From Octopus vulgaris (Eukaryota): 64,000 nt of DNA. Made by a program: the position numbers and the translations under genes. Below, piece after piece: positions 12,093-26,501 of this stretch. The notes under the pieces were generated by a model, which was not told the origin of the DNA, ran no database searches, and saw only the letters and a program-made list of their open reading frames with translations. Positions within the stretch are counted from its first letter, which is position 1. Each line of letters opens with the position of its first letter. The DNA lies in NCBI GenBank assembly GCA_951406725.2, contig OX597816.1:35402001-35466000 (forward strand), read 5' to 3'.

Positions 12093-13674
12093 CATACATA
12101 CATATATATATTATTAGAATATTTTTATGTGAACATTGCAATTGCCTTTCCGTATTGTTAATGATCTGACAGATATAATGCAAAATACATTGGATATCAA
12201 TATATAGTTATTTAAAGTTGAAACAATTGAAAATAAGTTAGACTTTATCTCAGGTGGTATTTGAAATCGCATATCAATTTTTTTTGTGTGTTTTTTTCAT
12301 AAGACATTTAACTTCCACTCAATGTGCAAGTTCCATTGTCATAGAGTTTTAAATAATTTATTGATTTGACCGTAAAATATACCGTGAAGCTTGATGAGTA
12401 TACACTTCTTGGAAATGATGTAAACTTAGATATATTGGAAGTGAAAATGAGGAACGCCAACACTTATATTTCTATGCATTTTCAGCATCAGATCCTCGGC
12501 AACTTCGGTGTTTTCTCTATTAGAGCTTTAGAGGAGAAGGCAATATTGAGTGTTAAAATTACACCGCAGCAATTCATTTAGTACATGTACAAAAATTACT
12601 GGCCCTCGTTGACAATACCGTAGAGTCCCTGGTCGGAAAGGATATTGGCGGCTCTACTACGAGCTTCTCTGACAACTGTCAGCCGAGATATTTTTCATGC
12701 AACCGGCTCTGAAATACATTATCGTATATAAACATGACTGAAATAAAAAAATATTCACATTTATTGATCATTTTGTTAAACACTTAGATGCTGAGGTACT
12801 ACTGTACACTATCTCTAAATTCACGATCTGATGTTTCCTCAGGGATTGCACCAGCATTTCCACTGCCAAATGAAAATTGCCCACGGCTACCCGCCGTTAT
12901 ATGTGTTAATATCACTACACCGCCGCAGGAATATTACTGAAACACATTCTGCGACACTGAGCCAGATGCTCGCTTTTAATGCACCATTTTAGTTCTCTTT
13001 CGTGCCAGATGCAATGGATAGAATTCTCTGTGGCATCTAACAATTTTCAGTCACAGCTAGTCCTTTGTGCATTAGTGTCCAGTAACTATATCTACCTGAA
13101 GGATATTGTTAACTATTCACTTTTATCTACTTTTTCCCCAGGTTGGGCTTTAATGGCAAAAAAGAAAGAAATGATATTTAGTCACATGGTCAGTAGGGAC
13201 CTTAGAATTTCCTTCCCATTTTAAATCAATTGTCAATATAGGGGCCTATTTCTTCCAAATCATTTACATTTGATCAGGGATAATTATTTTCCTTCGAAAT
13301 GTAAAGCCATTCTGAGATATGTATCAGAAACATATTAATTTAAACGTGTTCCTACGCTATCAAAAAAAAATCAAAATGGGTAAATATTATCCTTTAAGGA
13401 TATAAAGTAGTTCGTTTATGATATGAATATACCATTGAGTCAAATATTTACTGTGATGACCATACAGCATGCAGTGTTCAAATATTGTAAAGCTTTAAAA
13501 TTGGTAGCGGTATAAATGAATAATATGATTTCAATGAAAATGTTTGCATATACACGAACAACAATCCGATGAAACTAAATTGTAGCCGAATATTTAGTTG
13601 AAATACGTTAGAAAAATTATGTAATTCGTATGAAATTTACACATACACGCACACACACATAAACACACACACAG

Positions 13675-13745
<71 letters not shown>

Positions 13746-13824
13746 CACATGCTAATAAATTACCTACGTTGGACGCTTTTGGCTCTTTTGACAGCAATAC
13801 CTCTCATACCAACACTACCTCTCA

Positions 13825-13860
<36 letters not shown>

Positions 13861-13960
13861 ATATTTATATATCTTATCAATTTTTCAAAAACTTTTTCCA
13901 TACACCCATTTTCATTAAAATTTTCTTTCAATTTAGCATTCTGCCTTTTTACATTTTTTC

Positions 13961-14007
<47 letters not shown>

Positions 14008-15204
14008 CTACAAAGATGCTTAGCATGGAAATTTTAAGTAACATTAATGATTAGTGATCTATCCTCATTCGAAATGCAATTAGAATCCAATAAATCAAAC
14101 ATAAATGGTCAGTTTAGAAATCTGCTTCTGAAAACCCCATATTTCAGGATGAATTCTATAAATAATCGGAACGTAGCTATTTACTTATCTGTTAAACTTC
14201 AATCTCATAGGCATTTCATTTCACAGTTTTCATTTTGAGTGCAACAAATATAATTTCTGGTTTCTATGACCGTTCATCCAATGCTTGCAATGGCACCATA
14301 GTTAGCGATACGCTCACTCCTCCTTACAAAAATATATATTTGCATATATAATTACGTGTATTTGTGACTGTGTGTTTGTGTTGATAGTAGTAAAAAAGAC
14401 AGTGACCTGGATATTGTTAGAGAAAATATTAGAGAATGCCATATGAGAATGCGCAATGACATTTAAATATCCACTTTACTTTCATCCTTTGACTTCGCTG
14501 TATCTTAAATGATTAAGTAACTTCCACGCATATTGAGCCTCACTCATCTTAAAATCGTCTGCCTTAAACTTACCCTCTTACTTGGGTCCCTCACTTATTA
14601 TATATACTGGGCTAGGTAAAGGAACAGCAAACTATTTATGTTAGTTTGATGCTCAGTGAAAAATGGAAGAAGGGTTTGTTATTTCGAGCCAACATTCCTC
14701 TAAGCGGAGATGTACTGCAATTGTTTCCTCTAAGCAAAAAAATAAAAACACAAAACAGATGGAGAGAGGAGGAAATCAAAACAGATGGAGAGGTTGAGAA
14801 TATAGTCGTGACCAGAAGTAAGATAAGTCTGAAAATTAGAATTTTTTCATTAAATACGCAAAGATATATTTCGTTTGCAATATATTATTATTTGGCCAAG
14901 AGTTTAGAATATAGGTCGGAAAGAATTTGTAAATTATATGCCCAACGTTAAATTTGGATCGAATTGTACTAGAGCCTAACAATTTTAACTAACACTATTT
15001 TTTCCCAAACATTTGACCGCGGCTATATTAAATTAAGAAGAAGCGAGTAGTTTGAGACAGTTTTCTCATGTGTAGCAAAATAGACAACAGTGGTGCCAAG
15101 CATGCTTGCGGATGTGAAGATGTGCTAGTGTGTGTGTGGATGTGTGTGGATGTGTGTTCCAGTAGAAGTTAGATATACGCATACGCGTGTGTGTATGCAT
15201 TATG

Positions 15205-15266
<62 letters not shown>

Positions 15267-15335
15267 CATATATATATATATACATACATATATATATACA
15301 TATATATATATATACATAGATATATATACATATAC

Positions 15336-15367
<32 letters not shown>

Positions 15368-15368
<1 letters not shown>

Positions 15369-15962
15369 CTTCTATCATTGACGATATAGGTACTCATGTA
15401 GTACCCTTATGTATGTATGTACATATCTAATATTGTATGTATATATTTCATTAATTTGCCTGTACGGCTAATAATTCGCTTACCACTAGTGAAGGTATTT
15501 TAATATTACCATCCCTATATTTATTTATGAATGATTTTACGCATTTCGTTTGTTCGCACGGTGCATGGTCACTTCAAACGAACTTTCGCAGATATGATGG
15601 GGGAGAATGTTAGTAATTATTTAGCTGGCAGACTTCGGCTGATGAGAAATCACGCGCCTAGGTGGCGCTAAATTTCGAAACCGATACTGAGTTAACCAGC
15701 ATTTACTCGTTCTGACACATTTGAGGTGAGTCATTATTATTGTTCAATGATATTTTTCCTATCTTGTCTGAAATAGATTTGTGACTATTCGGTGGTACAG
15801 AAGAATGTTTCGACTTCTATCATTGGCGATATAGGTACTCATGTTGTAACCTTATGTATGTATGTACATATCTAATATTGTATGTATATATTTTATTAAT
15901 TTGCCTGTACGGCTAATAATTCGCTTACCACTTGTGATGGTATTTTAATAATACCATCCTTA

Positions 15963-15963
<1 letters not shown>
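15368..15963 (+). mobile_element. PLE-derived/retrozyme-like unit: 445-nt monomer plus ~150-nt terminal direct repeat, in (TA)n
   Basis: cttctatcattg...ataccatcc occurs at 15369 and 15814; contains a hammerhead. Confidence 0.7.
15634..15691 (+). ncRNA. Type I hammerhead ribozyme, slightly degenerate
   Basis: ttcgg-CTGATGA-gaaat(cacgcgcctaggtggcgcta a)atttc-GAAA-ccg-ATA-ctgag; stem III ACCGAT is one base from the palindrome ACCGGT; outer gctgg/ccagc extends stem I. Confidence 0.7.
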
Positions 15964-16037
<74 letters not shown>

Positions 16038-17499
16038 TATTCAAATAGACAAACATTTTAAAAATGAGAAGAAAAAGAGAAAAAGAAATAAAGAAACGTG
16101 TTAGACGTGCACACGGAATATATGAGACGCTCGGTGTTGAAAGAAAATAGCTCTTGTTAAAGTTTCAAGCATAGTTCTTCGACCGAAATGGACATCACAG
16201 ACTGAAACCAAGCCGGAGGCAAACCGAATAGGCTATTCCTGACTATATGTAACATTGTGTAAAAAGCATCTGTCAGTATGCCCGAACACCTGCTAGTCAC
16301 TGTCATAGACATCGATGTCCATCGCTTGTACTTGGGGCGAGTTGTCTCACTTGTCTATAACTTTGATATCAGGTATTCTCACACGTGGCCCTTTGAGAGA
16401 GTCATCTCGACCGGCGAAGAAGCAAAGTACATACATCGTGCATGTATGATCGGTAATGTTAACAACACACGCGCAGTTTCTAATTCACATTTTAATATAT
16501 ATATATTCTCCTCCTTCTCTCTCTCTTTCTCTCTCCCACCATCCCCTTCTCTCTCTCTCTATTTCCCTCTCTCTCCCTCTCTCTCAGTCTCGAATAATAA
16601 ATATACATTATTACATTTTTTCTTCCCGCAATCATATAACTATAGAACCGAAGCAATGTCAAGTAAACATACGTAAACACAATATTTGCCAAAGGGCGTA
16701 CTATTCGTCAAATTCAAAATTAAGAACCATACACAAAGCCTATCAGTAATAGAGCAAAATCCGACCGGCTGTTTTCCTTTAGATGTATATTTTTCTTTCA
16801 TTTGTAATACAATATATCTTTTCAAATTCAGTTTCTTTTACTACATTACACTTTTGCACTAAACATACCTATTTTTCAGTCATTCATTATATAAATCAAT
16901 ACATAGGAATATCAACTCAAAATGAAGTAATAACTACAATCTGACAATGCTCGTAAACATATATAACTAACAATGACTCGGGCATTCATTTACAACGAAT
17001 AATGCAGACGGAACTGCAATACAAACTAGGCAGACCAATAACATCAATCACTTTACAGTTTGTCGATGCTGTAAGTTCTATTATGACGGCGTAGCTACTC
17101 CAATACTTCATTATGGAAGAAAATATTAAAAATTGTCATTTTTTATTGTAATTCTTTGTATAGGTCCTGGTGTTTTGCATTGCAAATTGTTAATTATGAA
17201 TGCACGAGATGAATTTCTAAACAAAATACCGTGCAACAAAAAGAACACAAAGTTGTTGCATAATTAGATTATATTTACAGTCGTTTCTACCGGGCTTATT
17301 CGCACTTCTTTACTACATTTAAACTTACGCAAGTGACTGCCGACGTTATCCCTCCTTTAATAAAAAAAAAATGATTAGCAATTATAGGATAAAAAATCAT
17401 TCGCTACTCATAGGAACAATAATTACTGTAGATTAATTATGAAGTACCTAGGAGTAGATAACGGAATATCTAAAATTTTCAAAATGCTTAAAATTCGAG

Positions 17500-17900
17500 A
17501 TTTGTTCTAGTTACAATCACCAACAGTGAAATTGAATAAAAGAAGTTGCATAAAAATCCCCAAAAGAAAGAGTGAGCATGTCCATCTGGTCACAATGCAA
17601 CACAGGTTTTAATGAACAAAGAGTTAATCAACGATCTTCATTCACAAAAAATTGCCTCGTTTGATTTTAAGTTTATCGGTATCGATATCATTATACGTCA
17701 TTCCAATTAAATAATTCACGTTCTAATTTAATATTCTGAGGCTAGTATTCGTTACATCTTTTAGTTGGGGGTCAACTTCTCAATAAATTTGCAGGAAAAT
17801 AAAATAGGATCAGCTATAGTTACGCAAAACAAAGAAACTATACATTCAATTCGGGAGGCTTAAAATGCTGCTTCCTATGTAATTGCTGTGTCAAAAATAT
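17500..17900 (+). mobile_element. Possible ancient PLE RT remnant
   Basis: KLHKNP and IASFDF are reminiscent of PLE RT motifs PKLHKNP and SFDF; many stops. Confidence 0.3.
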
Positions 17901-19206
17901 GTTAACCATGTATATTAGCATGCGTGACTTCAACCTTTTAAATAATCACCAATGCATAAATTATGAGTAACCAACGTGAAGTGATTGCAAGATGGGACTT
18001 CAGTTAAACGAAGAGGTATTACTTTTTTTCTGTGATACATCAACAATTTAATAATCAATTTTAATTCATCAAATACAATTTATAATACTTTCATTAGAAA
18101 CTTTGAACAAATATTTGTCATTGAAGAATATGTAGCACGGATTAATAACAGAAAGAGCGCATATACAATTTATAGCAGATTCACTTGTCAATAGAGCCAA
18201 AACAAGGATTTTCTGATTACTCACTAGAATAACTATGAAAGGGACAATATAAAAGAGCTTAAAAAGTATCATGCATCTACAAACGTAACTAAGAAAATCA
18301 GAAACATAAGCATCAATTCAGTGGTACTAGTTCAATACGCACAATATTTTGCACACCGAAACACCGCATCAACTTTGCAACTGACTTCTAATCGCAACAT
18401 CTTCAACCTTGAGCGCCGTTATGTATATTCGTCATTCAGTCGACTAGATTTATCAAACTACGGCCACTAAATCCCAACCCAAGCGCGCATAAATTTATAA
18501 TCGTTATTACAATTCAAGGGGAAAACAAATACAGACTCTCAGAGGAGCCTACTAGTTCGCATGGCAACAATTATAAAGGAATGCCTTCACACATGTTATT
18601 GTCATCGCCTTTTAATGAATAATCTTGTTTGATATCTATGACACCTGCTAATTATTTCAACATTTCCTAGTAATTAATTTTGATATCACATAAGAATATT
18701 TAGAATTTTTCTGTTCACATAATAGGTCTTCAGAGAATGGCCCGGTTGCACCATTACAGAATATTGTACGACATTAGATCTTAAGTGATACCAACAATAC
18801 ACAGTTTTCATTACGTTTACTTAAACCATTAATAGTGTGTTTTATTCATGTTATTTTAGTGCTATTAATATTTTGTTTTAAGCCTGTTCCAGTGGTGGAT
18901 AAATTCTCGGTAATAGGATACGTTATTATTACAGCTTATGTTTGCTAACATTTTTATATTCCAGTTGACACTCCTTATTTGTCCATTATTGTTTCATTGA
19001 TAGTAAATGCACGTTCCGCTACATTTTATTTCTGTCTGTTTTAGATATCACAAGGGTGTTTACGATGATACTGCATTTATTAACGAATACTAAGTTTATT
19101 AAAAATGCATTGCTCTATGTATGTATGTATGTATGTATGTATGTATGTATGTATGTATGTATGTATGTATGTATATATATATATATATGTACACATATAT
19201 ATATAA

Positions 19207-19262
<56 letters not shown>

Positions 19263-19305
19263 CACACATACATATATATATATAAATATAATATATATAT
19301 ATATA

Positions 19306-20117
<812 letters not shown>

Positions 20118-20328
20118 GCATTTATAGAAGGGAAACAGGTTGAATCTTTCTTCTCCACATGTTTCTAAGTGTTTACTTTGTAGAAATATTTGTAGCTCTA
20201 CCTGTCACATATGTTGTCGGTGTATTCTGGCTCGTTGTTAATAAATATTTGTGTATGTACAACCATCCAGATCTCTGAACCCCTTACTTTTTTCTAATAT
20301 ATAACATTTGTACATCACCTCCAAAACC

Positions 20329-20381
<53 letters not shown>

Positions 20382-20584
20382 TTCTTAAAATTAATATAGG
20401 TTAGAAAAAATATGGAAAGACGCTTCATAGCAAAATTCTCCCCCAGACTGAATGGCTTCACAAACTTTACATCTAAGAATCTATTAGAGTAGATGAAAGC
20501 GCTTATATGTGATTTGTAAAAGCATGTAACATGTTGATATATATTTGCATATGTACAACCATCCAGATCTCTGAATACCTTATT

Positions 20585-20638
<54 letters not shown>

Positions 20639-20679
20639 CAAACACCTCTTTATACATGCACACACACATACGCACACAG

Positions 20680-20749
<70 letters not shown>

Positions 20750-20999
20750 TTATTCAAAGCAATGAATAGCTTTGAAGAAACCATGGTATGCTTTGTTTTC
20801 TGACTTTTTAATCATCTTAATAATCATCTGATAATAATGACTTTTATGACTACCTAAGTCCATGTAAATATATATATATATATTACCTTTCATAAAAACC
20901 CTTTTCTTTTTTATTTACAATGTGCATTTTTGTTGATTTTTCTTATTTCCCCCTTACATTTCTACGTGTATTTTATATTTTCCTTTTGTAACATATTTC

Positions 21000-21073
<74 letters not shown>

Positions 21074-21782
21074 TCCATATATATATATGTGCATCTGCGT
21101 ATTATACATTATGTATAATTTTATTTATCATAATTTAATATTACTATGAATAGTCTTGATATAGTTCGTATCATTTTTGACTTCCCCTCGTATATATAAT
21201 TGCGTATGTAGAAAGAGTTAAGAGAAGAATGAGAAACGAAACGAGGAAAACGTTATGACTTTATAGCGAAGTAAATGTCTCTTAGAACTGAGATAAGAAA
21301 TTTTCCAGCTTGAAATGAACGAAAACTCCAAAAGTTTAGAAAATATAGTTTACAGCTCGCAAAAGTTATAATTAATGAAACAATTAAAAAATGCATTGAA
21401 AATATAGCGCTTTATTTGTGACTGATGCATTTTTTATAACATGGACACCATTATTTTATAAATACATTTCTTGTATTTTATATCTATTTATTATACGATA
21501 ACACTTCTGCATCAATAAATATTTGAACGTGTTGTAGTTTGATAATCTTTGCAAGTTATATTTATTATTACTACTTCAATTGATGTTTAAGAAAACTATG
21601 TTGAAATTACATATTAATGCATCGAAAGGCGGCCTGGTGAAAGTATGACCATCTTAGTTGTTGCAATTTAAACATTCATTGGATTACTATTGCATATATT
21701 ATCTTGAATTTGAAGATGTTAAGGATACCATTCGTATTGTTGTTCTTCTTCTTATTGTTGTTCATGATGGTAATGATGACGA

Positions 21783-21800
21783 ATGATGATGATGATGATA

Positions 21801-21832
<32 letters not shown>

Positions 21833-21833
21833 A

Positions 21834-21885
<52 letters not shown>

Positions 21886-21921
21886 CGATGATCACGATAT
21901 CATCGTCATCATGAAGACGAT

Positions 21922-21961
<40 letters not shown>

Positions 21962-21962
21962 A

Positions 21963-22013
<51 letters not shown>

Positions 22014-22098
22014 TTGGTGCCAATGACGATGACGATGATGATGATGAAGAGGAGGATAATGTCAATGATGCTGCTGATAATGATGATCATGATGATAA
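21783..22098. repeat. (GAT)n microsatellite
   Basis: Seen directly. Confidence 0.95.
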
Positions 22099-23419
22099 AT
22101 AGGATAACGAAGAAACTGTCAATTATAACTTGCGATAGGCGCAGTTTTGGAAGATTTTATGGTGAGACGTTTTCGTGTGAGAGCATTACTCTGAAAAAAG
22201 GTTGTGTAAAGAAATCCATGCTTTGTAAAAGTGAAGCCGAAATAGCATTTCCCATCTCCCGAAAGCCAGATTACACGGTCTCACCATATATCTGCCTCGT
22301 CATTTATTTACTGAATGTATAACACTGTGAGAACTCGGTTATTTGCTGACATAAGAGAAGACATGTCAGAATGTAATTCCATATCTGTTGCTCTTGTTGA
22401 TGGTGGTGATATTGATGAGGATATCGATTATCAGGATGTTTGCATACATCATTAGGACCATCATGGTGACGTGTTATTTACTTTATTGCAATGCAGATAA
22501 TACTGAAATTTTGTATAGTATAAAGTAGGAATTTTATAAAAAGACGATCTTTTATCAAGGCCGGAAATAATTGAATCATCGTTTTTGTATTGAAAATACT
22601 TGCATTATTTCAATACAGGTAACTTTTTTTTGTAAGGAATCATTTAATACAATAAGATAAATCCTTCTAGTTTACGTCAATACAAATGTAATGAAGCAAA
22701 GTAAATACAAGCTCTCAATAAATTACATTTGTGTATTATCATGAATTAAACAAATAGCGAAGGTGGTGAATAAGTCTGGATGGTTTTGTAGTCAATCAAA
22801 TAAGGAATTGCAATTACATTTTATTATAGAATTATATCCATTAATGTTAATGTGCTCACTATGTTTAGATTCATATCCATCACCATCTACTTCCAATAAG
22901 CATTAAGAATGCTCTAATACGTACATCAATGTAACAATAAATCACTTCAGCTACCTAGAGATAAATCATATTCCGAATTCAGAGAAAGGTCACATAATGT
23001 CATTCATAAAGAAAAACATTCCAAAATCCTCCTCAATATTTCAATATTCTCTCTCTTATACTTTTGTCCACTATAAACATTGATTCTACGAAATCTATTC
23101 AATCTTACATCCGTGCCGGTTCAGTACTTAATTTCGCTTACTGTCACCCACGACGTCCCTTTCCTCATGTACCACACTGACAGGCATATATAGCACTAGA
23201 TTCAAAGAGTCTTTCATATTCAGTACAAGTTCATGTCATGTGAATTGTTAAGGTCATCAGTCTTGAATCGCAGCGGCATCTGTGGATGAGTAGGAGCAAG
23301 AAGGAGAGCAACTCCATCCAAAATCAAAATAAAACAAAAACATCGAGGTATTATTAATAGTGTACCAAACAATTAAATATGGATGAGCGTGAATAACCCA
23401 GCAAATGAGCGTTGAATAT

Positions 23420-23635
23420 AAAATTTCATATTGTAGAATCAAAATACCTCCGCCTCCTTTAGGCTGGCTTGGAGATAGGTAGATCTCATAACCATGGAAG
23501 AGAGGCGGAAGACTTTGTGACACGGTCGGCCTGAATTCAGTTGTAACTGCGAAGCCAAATCCTATGAGCTCATATCATTTAGCAAGCGCGCTTCTTCTAA
23601 TACGATCCCAGGCCAGGCACATTCACACTATCAAA
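23420..23635 (-). mobile_element. L1/Tx1-like ORF2 apurinic endonuclease N-terminal remnant
   Basis: SVNVPGLGS...LLNDM...AVTTEFR...YEIYLSPSQPKGGGGILIL matches the APE N-terminal pattern (NVRGL...ET...GV.IL). Confidence 0.55.
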
Positions 23636-24199
23636 CTTGAACGCAGCCAAGATGAATAGAATTAATTAGTCACTTGGTGATATGGATCGATGTATCCTCT
23701 CCTCCCGGTATATCGTGTGGCTTGGTTCTTGGTTGAGTTTTGGAGATTAAAGAAGTTTATGGATTCCTCCTTCCTTCTTCCCGTGGCTATTGCGGTAAAT
23801 TGGTTTCGTAAGATTTAATTGTAATATTCCAATGTCATTAGGATATTGTTCTTTCAATTCCGTGTATGAATGACAGTCGAGCATTATTAACTGGTTGTAT
23901 TGTGGTGTGTGTCTATGGGGCGGAGTGGTTTGAGAAAGTGCTTTTCCTTTTCGTTCTTTTTCGTTTGGCCACCTCATCCCATTCGTGATCTGTTGTGGCA
24001 TTGCCTTGCCATTTTGTGGTAGTGTTTGTGCTGGATGGTTTGGGGTTTTGTTTGATGGTGTTATCCGTCGGAGTCTTACTTGTTTTGGTGTCCGGGGTCT
24101 GAGGTTGTTTGTGGTATTGGGTTGGTGCTAGTTTCTTTGGGCAGTTGTTTTGGAGACACATCTGGTGAAGCGTGGCCCGTTTCTGGATTGTCCAGTTCG

Positions 24200-24365
24200 C
24201 GGGAGCTTCTAATGTGGTACTTTTGTCCTTGTATTTTCTCTGTCCCTTTCTGTAGAAGAGAGTAAGCTCGAAACGTAAAATACTTTTTCTATTCTTGAGC
24301 GTTATACTAATACATCTGTTTGTTTTGTACACCACCTGTCTTCGTCTTTTGCTTTTTTTTTTCGT
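24200..24365 (+). mobile_element. PLE terminal-repeat-like fragment (second copy at 42940-43090)
   Basis: Shared ttctgt(a/c)gaaga...gctcgaaacgt...gagcgttatactaatacatctgtttgtt...cacctgt; hammerhead-like core variant. Confidence 0.5.
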
Positions 24366-25580
24366 AAACTCTTCCTATATATATATAACACTTATATCAT
24401 TCACGTAAACTTGTGTGTCTAAGATAACCTTTATCCAGATTTTTCTGAACGGGTAAATTATTCACTATTTAATAATTGTAATGTAGTTTCTGCATGGAGT
24501 TCCAATGACACATTCGTCGGTTAGCTTTTTTTTTAATATTTTTTCTTCAAATCATGTTTAATATTAAGAGTTTTGACATGTCCATTCATGTAGGCCAAAG
24601 TCGTTTACTACTATTAGCAATGAGCGAATTGACAGAGAAGTAAGTTCAACAGTGTTTTGAACACGTTACTCAGCTTATAGAATGCATGTGGTTAGTAAGC
24701 AAGTTGTCGACATTGCTGGAGTTGCAGATGCTTCTCTAGAAATCAACAAAGCCGAAAATTGTACGCTTAAGATATAGGCAATGCGACAGTTTCTTTACAC
24801 AGCAGCAAAGAACTGGTAATCAAACGTATTTAAGGAACTAAATTATACCTATACGATGTACGCAGTCACAGACATATAGACTCCGCTCGTCACCAATACA
24901 CATACACACGCAAACGCGGACCTATATTTATATGTGTGCATGTGTCTCTGTGTTAGACGAAGGTATATACAGCTGAATGTATATTTATTTGTGTGTGTGC
25001 ACGTGTATTTGTAAGCATGCGCGCGTGTATGTGTGTTAGTGTGAGTAGGTACATATCTGCGGTATTTAACCTGCCTTAACTAAAGTATTGAAACTTTACG
25101 TTAGTCTAAGAAAATGTTCAACACTATACAATTAGTTCTTTTGCCTGTATGATTTTTCAGGTAACCAGCAGTAATCTATATTCTTCCATCATTTCTGGAA
25201 TATTCTATGTTATTTCAAAGGTGAGAAATACTGTACTGATTTAACATTCTGAACTAAATTATATAAGAATCAGTAATTTCTTGATATATTAACGTCAATA
25301 TGTTGAAATATATATTGGTTGCAAATTTTGGCAAAAGGCGAGCAATTTCGTGGGGAAGAGGTAAGTCTACTACATTAATCCAAGAGGTCGACTACATTAA
25401 CATAGTACTTATTTTATCGACCTCAAAAGGATAAAAGCCTAAGTCTACCTCAGCGGTATTTTATCACAGAGGGTAAACATTCAGTTCTATATACTCTCGT
25501 CTAACACAGATACACATGGACACATATAAATACAGGCCGCGTGCGCGTGTGTATGTATACAGGTGATGAGCGGAGTCTAT

Positions 25581-26101
25581 AGGCGTACGAGTGGCTTTGT
25601 GTTAAGTAGCTTTCTTACGAACCACATGGTTCCCAGTTCAGTCCCACTGCGTGGCACATTGGGCAACTGTCATCTGCTATAGCCTCGAGCAGACCAAAGC
25701 CTCGTGAGGGGATTTGGCAGAAGGAAACTGAAAGAAGCAGTCGTATGTATATATATATATATAACTGCTAAATTACGGGGCGTAAACACACCAGCATCGG
25801 TTGTCAAACGATGCTAGGGGGACAAACACAGACACACAAACGTATACACACACACACACACACACGCATATATATATATATATATATGTGTGTGTGTATA
25901 CGTTTGTGTGTCTGTGTTTGTCCCCCTAGCATCGTTTGACAACCGATGCTGGTGTGTTTACGCCCCGTAATTTAGCAGTTCAGCAAAACAAATCGATAGA
26001 ATAAGGACTAGGCTTAAAAACGATAAGCCATGGGGTCGACTAAAGGCGGTGCTCTAGCAGGGCCATAGTCAAATGACTGAAACAAGTTAAAGAGAGTAAA
26101 G
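25581..26101 (+). mobile_element. tRNA-derived SINE carrying an internal inverted duplication
   Basis: Head aggcgtacgagtggc...gttcagtcccactgcg, central microsatellite, tail ggcggtgctctagcagggccatagtcaaatgactgaaac. Confidence 0.85.
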
Positions 26102-26455
26102 AAAAAAGAGAGGGACGAAATACCGGTGGGTAGTTTGTCCGGCCTTCTAAATATTCGCCAAGCTTGCCACCTTCATCTCTCTACATTAGTGACTGAATAC
26201 TTATATATATGTTATACACTGCTTTCTCGTATGAGAGCAAACTATTGAAATGAGTCATTGGTGATGATATATAAGGCCCTTCTATGACACTTGAGTTTGG
26301 CCAAAGATTTGCACATTTTATTACATAATTACAACTCTGCTTTGCTGACGGAGGGAACAGATGTCACAATATGAAATCTTTTGACATGCCTTTTAAAAGC
26401 ACACACACACACACAAACACACAAACTCACATACACACACACACATACACACACA

Positions 26456-26501
<46 letters not shown>

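Noticed and set aside
12540-12990. Possible RTE-like LINE remnant on the minus strand
   Set aside because: Only vague similarity, with no diagnostic motif intact
21704-22102. ORF with hydrophobic N-terminus and poly-Asp, resembling acidic biomineralisation proteins
   Set aside because: Almost entirely a (GAT)n microsatellite that is open in several frames; no independent support for coding
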